DNA of 64,000 nucleotides, taken from NCBI RefSeq assembly GCF_009914755.1, contig NC_060929.1. The stretch is one strand, 5' to 3'. This document shows, in pieces, positions 44,051-56,862 of the stretch (position 1 is the first letter of the stretch; the number at the start of each line of letters is the position of its first letter). The DNA is from the human T2T-CHM13v2.0 reference genome, Homo sapiens. The notes under the pieces were generated by a model. It was not told the DNA's origin. It searched no databases and saw only the letters and a list, made by a program, of their open reading frames with translations. The translations under genes and the position numbers were made by a program.

Positions 44051-44821
44051 AGTCTTTACTGGAGTCTCTTGAAAAAATATCTAATCATTTCCAATTCATA
44101 ATCTCCAATAAACTTCCTACCATCCTTCTAGGGCATTCCATCTCACAGCTGTGCTAAGACTCTGCACTCTCTCTCTCTCTACCCCCAAACCATCTCTCTA
44201 ACAGCTTCACCTTTGAAGCCGTGAACTATGAACAGAAGTTAAATAATATAGGAACAGATGCAAATAAAAACACCATACTAGTGGAAGTGCAAAAGGAAAA
44301 GGAAAAACAAAACTTCCTTCACAGCTCCACCCACCACCACAAATTCCTCTCCATTCATGATATAGATAAATACTACATTTTTGCTTCCTTTACTTTGGGA
44401 GAAGACATCTGCTCCTCTATCTCCACTCCAATCTGCTCAACAGAGGAGAGCTTTCATTTCAAACCAAGAATAAGAATTCTCCCTCCTTAAGAAGAGGGGA
44501 GATAGAGGAGACTGCAAACATTTATAATGCAATGTCATTTTATACCTGCCCTATTTCCATAGTATCTTTTTCATTCCTATTCCCCAAAGCCTACTATATG
44601 TTCCCAATACCATGAAATTAAGCAGTGTAAGCAGCAACTTGTACCCCTCAAACACCTGGCAGGGGCCGGGGGTGGGGGGGGCTATTTCTGTTCATTGAAT
44701 TTCACAACTAAAAAAAAGGAAAGGAGTGACTCCCAATATCCATGTTTTAAAAGAAGGTGAAAGAAGTAACTGAAAAGTTATAGCATATAAAGTCATTTTT
44801 TAGCTAGAAGAGAATTGTAAT

Positions 44822-44968
44822 AATTCCACTACAAAGAAAAGTGTTTGAGGTGGTAGATATTCCAATTACTCTAATTTGATCATTACACATTTTATACATG
44901 TATCAAAATATCACATGTACTCCAAAAATATGTAAAACTATGATATATCAATTTAAAAAATTTAAAAA
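44822..44968 (+). mobile_element. L1MA 3' end stub
   Basis: tgtttgaggtggtagatattccaattactctaatttgatcattacacatt...aaaatatcacatgtac...tcaatttaaaaaa. Confidence 0.85.
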
Positions 44969-45004
44969 GTAATTGTTATGTTCTCTGACCTATGTCCTCC
45001 GAAA

Positions 45005-45212
45005 AGCACTGAATTTCAAATCAAACTCCCAGGTGGAATCTGGGCTTCACCAGTTGACTAGTTTCATGACCTTGGGCAAAGTGGCCCCACACATCTGAAC
45101 CTCACCTTCTTCATCCATGAAATGGAGAAGTAAAACAACTAAGTGAGGGTAAAAAAAAAATTTGTAAAATACTATGCCTAGATTGCAATATGTGTTCAAT
45201 AAGTGTTAGCTC
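45005..45212 (+). mobile_element. MIR
   Basis: tgaccttgggcaaag...tctgaacctcaccttcttcatccatgaaatgg...gttcaataagtgttagc. Confidence 0.75.
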
Positions 45213-48104
45213 CTCTTCCTTTGCATAGTTTGGTCAGTATCTGTTTTCATAACTGAACTAACTGGATACGATTTTTTAAATTTGTGAGGTCCAGGATAGC
45301 AAAGCTCACACAACGCTCTGCTTCTCCTCCATCTGTCTGCCAACTGACATTCTTTGTTGCTAATCTAAGACCAAGCCATATGTTCTCCGTATGGGAGACT
45401 CTTTCCTGCCCAGGTGGGGAAGCAGACGCAATGATCTAATAAGTCTTTTCTGTCTCACTAGGGCAAGTCTTGGGAAAACTTCCAAACATTGAGAGGTTCT
45501 GATGAGACACCACAAGCTTGGGCGACTATGTTGTTCATCAATTTTTTTTTTTTTTACTTTCTTTTTTCTTCCCATGATACCCAAACCATGTTTCAATCCT
45601 GTCATTACCTGTTTCCTTGTCTCTGTTTAGTCTAGCAGACAGGTCAAGACTCTGAAAAACATTTCAACATGGGATGTCTGCGTGGTGTCAAAGACAGTAT
45701 AGATGAAAATTATACATTAAGAATTGGAGAACTGAGTTGAGTTAGGCTCTGATCTCCAAATCCCAAACCTGCAGCATCCCAGCCAAATGAAATATGCCAC
45801 TTTGGAAAGGGATGTTAAAGGTAGTCATAGAGGCAGTGACATTGGGTGGTTAGAGTTTAATGGAACTGTACTCAGCCAGAAGTAAAATGTATGAACAGAA
45901 GTTTTTGAAAAGAAAAAACAAACGCCACAGTAGTAGAAAGTACAAAAGAATGCAGGGAAAAGACAAAATTATATTCAGAATGGAATGAAAGGAAGAAACA
46001 ACACATTGAGAGTAAAGGTAAATATTTGTTCCCTGGGTCACAAGTAAACAGTGTAAGCCTAGCATGTTAGTGTGACCACAGCAGACTGAGAGAAATCTCT
46101 GAGATGCCCTTGCTATTTTGACAGTTTTATAAAACAAAAATGAGGCTTTCACTTTATATTTTCTTAATATTGTACTCTTTTCATTATTTTGAAAATATTG
46201 GAAAGCTCATGCTTAAATAATCCTGCAAAGTTACTTTAATTAATAGTAAAATGCAGCAAAATTTGGGACATATTACTAACAGTCAAAGTCATTAATTGCA
46301 GATTCAATATGGGTGTGAGTAGCTACATTGGCCCCTTGTTCTATCCAGTTGCCTTCTACTTTCACAATGTTTAACTTAATTTGTATTGTTTTAGCCCACA
46401 TGTATGACTTAGGTAAACTACTTACAATCTCTGAGCCTCAATTTCCACACTCACAACACAGTAATTTAAATCTCTGCCAGCTAACTGTCTCATAGGGAGT
46501 GTAATAGTAAAGGCATTTTTTCAAAGTGGTTTACCTCTTCTAAGGAATTACACTAAGAAGTTGATTGCCATACAGAATAAGCAGAGATTTATATATCCAT
46601 TGAATTGGCTCCCTGCAAAGAGTGTGACAGGCCTTGACCTCAAGCCATGTGACCTGGCTCTAAATACGTATCATGATTTGGATTTGTGTTCTGTATGCTA
46701 ATTGGTCATTATAATTTCCCTAATTATACTCATAAGAGAAAAGATTTTTTCAGAAAGACTGAAAATCAGTGTCAGTTTCTCAGGTGACACCACCACAGAT
46801 CAGTAATAACTACCTTCCTGCATGTACGAACCTGTCCAAGAAAGCTTCCCGTCATCATTTCCAGCTCTTTTCACCATACACTAGGTTACATTATGCTACC
46901 ATGTCAAAGAAATACACAATTAACAAGAGTATATAATTAGAGTTTATGCCCTGTCCAGACTATCTTGATGTTTCTCACAGGTAGGGACAGGCAATACATG
47001 TCCAAAACTTCCATTGCATCTAGGAGGCATGCCACAGATATTAATATTTTCTGCTTTCACATCTACAAAAAGAAAATTCAACAGGAAGATGTCTGTAGCA
47101 TGTTCAGTGACATGCCTTTGAATTTATCTGAGGCTCTGTTCTTTAAGGAAAGCATTCCTATGACTGTTCATGAATGTAGTAACAAAAATTACTTCTGTAT
47201 TAGCTCAGTGTATTTACCATGTACAGAATTTGTGTACCTCTAGGCAGCCGGTCTCTACAAGGATTTAAAAAAAGTGAGAGAGATCTGATATTATATTAAA
47301 GTACTTCATTTCTTTCCCAAATTAGTTCTCTTTCTGAAAGATAATGCTGGATAGTTATCCATGTAATACTTTCATTATAACAGAATGGCGAAGAATTACA
47401 TTAGCTTCAAAAGAGATATGAACTGGAAAGGTCATTTTTGTGATAATGGAATTCATCAAGGAGACTGAGGAGACACCAGGAAAGATTCACAAAAGATGTC
47501 ATTTTTTCCTTACTGTCTAAATTTTTTTTTCTGATTACCAAAAGAACTTAGGTCTTTATAAAAAGCTTACTTTTTAATTCACCTGGAACCATGTTTCTGG
47601 TTTATCACTGGTCTCACTAAAAAGATATTAGGTATTTTGGTCTAACTGTGAATTACACTGGCTCATCAAGAGGACCTGAATATTTAACATTTAGCAAAGA
47701 GGGTTCTCCATCATGTTTGATTTCTAACCATTTATATCCCAAAAATAGCTTTTCTTTTCCAGGCATTAAAGTAGATCTTTGTGGGGATGTCCCAATCCTT
47801 AGGGTTCTAAATTTACCTCAAATCTTTCAGGTTCTACATTTAAGATGTCTTAAACCTTAGAAGGCTGCATCTCACTTCCAAGTTACAAAATTTTAAATAT
47901 TTTCAAAAGCAATATAAGTTTGTCTTGCAGAGCTTTGGTGGGGCTCTTACAAATGACTTATCACAAACAGAAGTCACTGTGAGTATTTTCAGGGTTTTCT
48001 TAGTCATTGGCAAAGCTCAATGATGTTTTACTAAATATTAAACAATTTATAAATACTTGAGATAGATTCTCTGTTCTTTCCACGTCTAACCTGCAATTAT
48101 TCCC

Positions 48105-48300
48105 TCAGTTTCACCCTCTGTTGAACCTTACCAGCTATGTGATCTTGAGAAAACAATTGAACTTATTTAACTCAGAGTTTTCACCTCTAAAATGGGAAGG
48201 ATCATTTTCGCCCTATCTATCCCACAGGAATGTGCAGTAATTATATGAGATTATGTATGTAAAACTTAATGGTGAAATATGAATTGTCACTTATCAAATG
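48105..48300 (+). mobile_element. MIR fragment
   Basis: cttaccagctatgtgatcttgag...ttttcacctctaaaatggg. Confidence 0.65.
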
Positions 48301-49356
48301 CCACTATTCTTATTTTTCCTCTTTTTTTCTTTTGAGATCAGAACACCACCCACCCCATTTCTAAACCCATTGTATTTTATTTAATAAAACAAATGATGAG
48401 ACATAGGTCCTTCCCACTCTCAGATTTAAAAAAAAATCTTCTCTACACTTTGGGGAAAAAAACTCCATAGACATTTTCTGCTGTGGACAGAAAACGTTAT
48501 GCCCTGCAGCTGCCAGCTTGATTTGGAGTCCTTGTAATGTCAAAGCAGCACTAGGGATGTCTACAAATTGAGTCAAGGTGAGTTCATGGAGATAAGGAAA
48601 GGGAAAGAGAGATGCTGATGAACAGTCTTCCATCATCTATTCCCTTCTCAGTCATTCCCTTCTCAGTCATCACCAGCTTTCAAAGAGAAACAATTTTAAT
48701 GTAACATTCTAGAACTGCCCATCATGTTTCACAGGAGAAATTGCCCCGCCATCATTGTTTGTTGCTCTGTGCTTAGAATCATTTGGTGTGGGCTACTTTC
48801 TGTCTACTAGCCAACAAAATAGAGTCAGCTTCTCATATTCCAAAATTTCATTAGGAAGCCATTTGTTCACAACCTCAAAATCATCTGCCTATAATAATAG
48901 GAATAAGTAATGCTTGGGTCTCCACACAAGCCTAACAAGTCCATGTTGAACCTGAAATACCACACATATGAAAAAAATTAGAGCGAAATCGGGCAAGAAT
49001 TAAATAACATAAAATTGGACAAAGCAAAAATAAATTAGTTGCACTCTGGTTTTTGAGGAAAACTAGGTTTATTTAGAGAGAAGAGATAGATTGAGTTTTA
49101 GGAATTCTGAAAGAAAACTGAAGATCGATCCCAAGACTCTCAGGTTTTAGTGTCAATGCTGAGTTTTTGTTGTTGTTTGCTTGTTTCACATAAAGGCTAC
49201 ATAATTTCTTGATAGTGATGTGTCCAATCACCCTTATGTAGCTTATGATTATGGTCATTTGAGAGCTCACAATTGAGACATGCACAAGGAAAGATAGAAA
49301 GAAAAGGCAGAGGAGAGAGACTTTACAGACGGACCTAGGCAAAAATTACAAGACGA

Positions 49357-49422
49357 ATGCAACACACCTATGTAACAAACCTGCACATGTACCCACTGAA
49401 GCTAAAATAGAAGTTGAAAAAT
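49357..49422 (+). mobile_element. Extremely 5'-truncated L1PA (old primate) 3' stub
   Basis: cctatgtaacaaacctgcacatgtacccactgaagctaaaatagaagttgaaaaa, flanked by TSD aattacaagac(g/a)a at 49344-49356 and 49423-49435. Confidence 0.8.
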
Positions 49423-50458
49423 AATTACAAGACAAGGGAAAAGAGAAGTTAAAATAAATGCATGAATATATGCAATGAAAAACATATGCCAGAAGTGGTG
49501 TTGACTGTGATCTGAAATGAACAAAAGCAAATACCAAGATACTTGTGAATTGGCAAAGATAGATTAAAATCATGACATGCACCAACTACAAGAAAAGAGC
49601 ATCCTTAAAGAAATTTCTTTTGGAAGTCAGAAGCAGGCTCAGAATGAGGGGTATCTGAATTTGAAGGGCAAGGGAAAAGGGCCCAAGAGCAAACTGAATG
49701 CAAGGATGTTTGCAAATCAAGTTCTTATCATTTGGGGAGTGCCTGCACTTTAAGGCATAAACAATATCTATGTGGAAGACTTGAAAAGCTGCTGAGTGCT
49801 CATAAATATATGTATATTAAAATAGATGTTGAAAAGTTAGGATGCTCCCACACAACTTAAAAATGTTTTACACAAAAGGAACAGTAAGCATGCAGAAAGA
49901 GCTAAGTAGAATAGAGTGCAAACGTATTAACCATTAGGCCAATAATAGCATCTGGCATTGTCGATTGTCCTGAAATGTCTTGATAAATTTCAGTGGTTTA
50001 AAAAAAGGATATTATCATGTGATAACTGATGGTTTTCTACCACTGTCTGACTGGACTACAACTCGCTGAAACAGCAAATCATTTTATGAGCACTCTAACA
50101 AGCAAGCAATAGAAGAATACTTTCCAGTATTGAGATTTTTAAGGGTAGATACAGACTACCTTTCATAATTCCTGTGCTTGACACAGTTTCCCATCAAGAG
50201 GGCTGTAGCTGAAACAGCATGGAACCATTATGCTTTGGAGAATGTGATAGAAAAGCTAGGGCACTAACAAAAGAGAGGAGAAACAAAGGAGATGGCATGA
50301 CATCAGTCTGCCCATAGTAGTAGCAGAAACACCATTTTAATGTCATGAAAATTCTCTGCTGTCTGTAAGTCATTTCATTTGTGTTATTTTACATAGTTGA
50401 TAGTTAACAGCATATTAGTCAAGTATACATTAGTAAGAAGCAGTTATTAAGAATCCAA

Positions 50459-51270
50459 TGATCACTAAATATTAATAAAATATTAATGCAGTATGTCTAG
50501 CGATCACTAAATATTAATAAAATATTTAATCCAATATGATTTACCAAGTTGCACTATCATTATCTTGCAAAAAAATTTGTATTGTCTTATGAAAAGAATG
50601 AGTCATGTTTAACAATTAAATTCAGTTTAGTGCGCTTTACAAAATTTACATTCTGGCTGATAGGATTTCAATAGACACACAAAACAAATCACAGGACCAA
50701 ATGGAAAAATATTTTTTAAATACCTGACCCTACAAACAAATATAATTATTACAATTATATATAATGAAATAACTTGTTATTGTGCTTTTAGGAAATTGTA
50801 TTTTTTGGAAAAAACATAATGAGAAAGTAAAAAGTGATAATTATTACTATCATTAATACAAATTAATATTATATCAATATTAAATTATAAATATTATAGT
50901 AGTAAAAATCATAATTGATTTTATTGCTACTATGTGCCATGCATTACACCTTTTCCTGTAATTGTTTATTGCTCATAACCACCCTGTGCGAAAGATGTGG
51001 TCACATTTTTATAAATGAGGAAACTAAAACTCAGACAGAATAAGTAATGTCACTTAATCGGGGTGAAGTTTCAAATCTAGATCTGACTGAATTCAAGGAC
51101 TGAGCTTTTTCTCTCATGCTATAGATAGGTACAAATAAGATTGCCTTTGAGATTCTATTAAACTACTTAGCTCATAAAAACTAGAAAAGTGGAAAACTGA
51201 GTTATTCCTTTATTCTGGATATAAAGATAACTAATTTTAAGCAGAAAGAGGCAGCTTCCATCTCAGATGA
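50459..51270 (+). repeat. Source copy of the local duplication (paralog of 36546-37357)
   Basis: Matches the LTR-embedded copy from tgatcactaaatattaataaaatatt to gcagcttccatctcagatga, with non-LTR flanks. Confidence 0.93.
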
Positions 51271-52016
51271 TCAGACACAGCCTGGGGAAACTGCTCCTTC
51301 TTACCTTGAACCCTTGATGCTACCACTCCCACATCAGAACAAGTGGAACGATCTTGCCATTCCCAAGACCATGTGACCCAGTGGAGCTAGAAGGATCGGG
51401 ATACAAACCCCGACTCTGCTACTTGCCAACTTTGTATTTGGGAAAACATTATTTCACATCTCTGAATTTCAATGTTCTCATCAAAAAGCAAGGAAAATTA
51501 GCACAGGCTTTTGGGCTTGTCACGATTTTGAACATGTTTGAAAAGTGCCTCAACAGTTGTTGGGACAAATTAGGAGAATAATGAACTGGGACTTTTATTC
51601 TTTCTAAAGCCGCAAATCTTGTGAAGGCTGAGGCCAAGGACTAAAGAATGGACCTCAGCTGGAAATGCCCCATGCTGTGTAAGGTATCCTCTGTTAAAGC
51701 TCACTCACAGAGAAAAGAAAAGGGGGACTTAAGCCCAAGGTGGGACTCCTATACTAGCAAATGAGAACAAACTGGCCCACTTCGTCTAGCCTGCTCAAAC
51801 AGTTGGAGCTGGAAAAAGTTGGCAGTTTGAGCTGACAGCTTTTGCTGTCTGTATATTATTAACTGGCTTCCCCAACTGGCTGTGACTGTTTACTCCCTAA
51901 ACTGAATTTTTTGACCAAGATCTCAGGCAGGCCTGCAGACCCTAGCCCTATCAGCAAATCCATCACTGGATTAGTTGTCCCTTCTTGATACTTTAATTTT
52001 CTCAGTCATATAAACT

Positions 52017-52330
<314 letters not shown>

Positions 52331-53419
52331 TTAATGTGCATAGAATACATCTGTTTTATGTATCAAACGATATTTTCCTCCAACTGAAAGAATTATCTTT
52401 GTTTGAATCTTCTAAAGTGCAAATAGTATTACTATTTCCAAACCAATGTTTTCAAATTAACCTTTCAGGTAGTATTTTCCCATGGCAACACAGGAAATAA
52501 GACAATAAGCAAAACTAGAATTGCTTTACCCACATTCACTTCACAATTTCCCCAAAACTCATTATTTTCAAAAAGGTAACAGTTATGTAAACACTGAGAA
52601 TGATCTATCAAAGCCATCAAACATTCCTAGTTTTATTGTCAAAATGGGGTTAGCCACAAGGTTTATCCCACAACCCAGTGAGTTTGGAAAACTATAAAAA
52701 AGTTTTAAAAGTAAGAATCAAGGTGATGAAAGAAAATCTATCTCAATACAGAAAACCCATGTCATATTTAAAAGACATAGGAGTCACTTGTGAGCCTACA
52801 TGAATAGGTGGCGGAGTATGTAAAACATTGTTATCGGATTGAAATGAATGGAATGCTGGTCTTAGATCTGCCTTCATTGTTGGCTCCTGAGAAAACTCCC
52901 AGACCTTGAGTACCTTATATTGAGTTTTCCTTAATTTTAAGAGAGAAGAGTTGAAAAACTGTGATCTGCCTGAACCTTGCCAGAAGCTTCTTCAAACCAT
53001 TCCCATTTTTAAAATGAGAAACTAAGATGAAGAAATTTTGAATACATTTAAGCTAAAATAAAGACAGCAAACCCTGCCCTATATCCTTAGAAGTTTATTC
53101 TGGAGAGAAGGGGAAGATGTATGCAAAAGCTTTTGGATAAGTTAAAAGATGTATTAGTATGCAAAAGTTTACTTCTATTAAGAAGAAAAATGATCTTGAA
53201 TCATAGAGGGAAGGTTTCAAGATAGATTTTGTAAATGATGCTGAAATATGCTTTTAGGAAAGGATGTGGGAATTTCTAAAAAGAAAATTATTGAAAGCTA
53301 TTTCATGGTGTGGTTTAAGTGTTTGCAGAAGACAAGTTAAACTATATGACTTTCTGAAATTTCTCTGAGCCTAGAGTCTTTGAAATTTAACCCAAGAGCT
53401 TTCAGACCAGACAGTTCTT

Positions 53420-53545
53420 TTCTTCATTTATTGATTCACTTGAAAAACATTTGATGAGCATCTACTATGTGCTAGGTCCTGTGCACAGTGCTGGGGCATG
53501 CAATGATGCACACGATGCTGTAAGACAAGTTTCCTGGCCTACAGA
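53420..53545 (-). mobile_element. L2 3' tail
   Basis: ttcatttattgattcac...catttgatgagcatctactatgtgctagg. Confidence 0.7.
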
Positions 53546-53856
53546 CTCTCCCAGAGAGGAGACTGCTACAAGGACAGGGCAAAAGTGAATGGCTAAGTAA
53601 GCACAGCCGTCTTCATTGTGTTTGCACCAGTCTCTTTTGCAGCTCGCTCACACTAGTCTCCCCTAACCCCCTTTGATAGTCGCCCACTCAGAACTGGCCT
53701 GTCTTACTAGGTGCTTTAGTCCCATCTCTCTCAATTTTCTTCTGCCTTACCCCAGTCTACAAGTCTAAGAGAGAAGGACATGCAGTTTTATCAATGCATT
53801 TCTAATAAATGTTTAATTCAAAACCATCCTATTGAGGGAAAGAGGATTATAGATTA

Positions 53857-54186
<330 letters not shown>

Positions 54187-56535
54187 TTATTAATACAAAT
54201 TTATTATTCTCTAAGGATACAGGATAGAAAATAAGGCAGAATGAAGAGAAGGAAGTTATATAGATGTGAGAGACAGTTGATGAAAGATATAATTCTTGGT
54301 ACTCTTTAAATCACACCAATATAAACTGTGCTCTTATAAAGCCAGCCCTTTACCCTTTTTCCTCAGGGTGCCAAAACTAAGTGTCAAACAGCTGAGGCTC
54401 CATAGATCTTTGCCTAAGCATCTCATACCCGTCCCCTACATCATCTTGAATGAATGTCCATTTTTTAATGGTATCTATATTTCTGTTTCAGTGAAAGAAT
54501 TTTACTTCTTTTAGGGATCCTAAAAGTATACATTTCCATGATTTAAACTGAAGCTATCTCAGGGGAAACACAATGTATGGAACATTAAAAAAAAAAAAGG
54601 TGTTATTAAAATTCTGTTTGCCCCTTGCCTATTCAACTACCACCCAATTCAAACTACACATAGACATAGCCTAGGTCTATACCATTTGAATGGCAAGTTA
54701 AAAATGCAAAGAGACATCTGGATGTTTCCAAGGATCCAAGTGTTTGGCATTATGTAGACAAATATATGGATGATGGCCAGGTTGTTAAAATGCTGGAGAT
54801 AGTTTATGAAGACGCCTTCTCATTGCCCAAAATATTCCACAAAGGGTGAAATATCTTCACCTCAAGTTTTCCTGTGGAGACTATGTAAAAAGTGATTTGG
54901 AGAGAAGATAAAGGGGCCTGTCTTCCTGTGTAGTATCAGACACTAGCCCAGAGTAAATGCTTTTGGCTAGTCCAATAGGTAAAATTATCTGCTTCTAAAT
55001 TTCAACGTCTGGCATTTCTCCATTGTAGCTGACCTCATAATGCTCTATTCCCTGAAAGGCATTTCTTTCCTCATTCAGCTTTCTCCATTAGCCAGGCAAA
55101 TACGGATAGAACTGATCCTGCAAACAGGTTTCCTAAAAGCAAAGACAAATATAAAGCTTTAGTTCATTAACATTAATTTTTAAAATTTCTACATTTGGAT
55201 GAAATTAACCCTATTTGCAGCATAAAACTGACAAGCCCATACAGACTTTTAACACCCCATTAATCTTACTTTGTTAGACTGGGGCATACACCAGCCAAAA
55301 ACTGGAAATTTGATTAGCTGGTCCCATGCATTAACTATCTCATTGGTATGGCATTTTAAAATATTTTCCAGATATACAAAGCCACATTAGTTTTTTTCAA
55401 GATCTAGATGGGGTTAGCAAAAAACATACCAAACAATCTCCTGCTCATGAAATAGTTGCACTTCAGCTACCAAGAAATGGATTTTCTCTTAGGGATTTTT
55501 TTTCACTGATAAATAATAATCTTGAAGAGGACTATGCAGGCTGAACTTTGATTTGTGGTAACCTTTTAGCTCAGGGCATTTTTTTCCCCTAATCCTCTAG
55601 ATTTATCAGGATCTACTAAATTTTTTTCCAGTGGCAATTTGATAATAATTTTCAACTTTATACAATACTCTGGGGTTCTCAGAAAATCCTTCTGATGGAC
55701 ATGAATCCGATTGGAGTCATTTTGAAATGGATAGTCAATTTATTGGATTAGTTGATAAGGTGATGAAAATCTCTTCTAATCAGATGAATACCTTTAATGA
55801 ATCAAAAAGGGCTTTTTCATCCATCTCTAACTCATTAAAAGCCTTTGTAAATCTCCTAGAATGACTTAATGGTACATTTTACGTCCCTTTCTTCTTTTGT
55901 GATTTTTAAACAGCTTAGCAAATTGTTCATAGAGAAAACTGTGTATCACAGCACAAATGCTTCAGTGCAAAAGCTAATGCAACCCCTCGCTCCCAGGGAG
56001 TTGGCCAACCAAGCCCAAATCAGAAGGACACCAAAACTAATCTATTTTAAATTCTCTGAGACCAGAAAAATAAGTTGTAATGCACAAGGGCATTTTCTCC
56101 TGGAGTTTTCACCTGAGATTTCGATCTCTCCTCTCCTGTCCACATTAAGCAAAAAGAATAGAAGCATGGCCTGAGGCAAAGCAAGGCCTTTTCTTCTAAA
56201 CTCCTGAATAGTGTCACAGTTGGTGAAAGCAGCTGATTTAACAGAGTGACTTACAACAGATATATTCACCTGAGGATTCTTTCAGTTTCTCAGCAAAATA
56301 ACTGGGCAGTTAAAGGCATATGCCCTTTTTTGCTTTTCCGTTCTTTAACTGATACTAATTTGCTAAACAATTCTATAGAAACCAGTGTTTCCAACAACTA
56401 TTTTCATTCTATCGGTATTCAAATTAGTATTCACTACCTTTCTTCTCCTGTGCCAGTCTGGTATACACCCTTACTGTCGCTAAGAAACCTCTGCTAGGGC
56501 CGAAGAAATTCATAGCTAAACGAGCAACCTCAGTA

Positions 56536-56862
56536 TAGTCAGGCATCAATTAATGACAGGTATACGTTCTAAGAAATGCATCAAAGATAATTTTGTCATT
56601 GTACAATCGTAGAGTGTACTTATACAAACCTAGAGGGCATAGTCTACTACACATCTAGACTATATGGTATATAGCCTGTTGGACCTAGGCTACAAACCTG
56701 TATAACATGGTACTGGACTGAATATCGTAAGATAACACAATGGTAGCTATTTGTGTATCTAAACATACGTAAACATAGAAAAGGTAAAGACATGATAATT
56801 GTAAACTTATGGGACCACCGTAATATGTGCGGTACATTGTTGACCGAAATGTCTTCATGCTA
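56536..56862 (-). mobile_element. Tigger3a/MER7-type TcMar-Tigger MITE
   Basis: acgttctaagaaatgcatc...acaaacctaga...cctaggctacaaacctgta...ttatgggaccaccgtaatatgtgcgg...ttgaccgaaatgtc. Confidence 0.85.
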
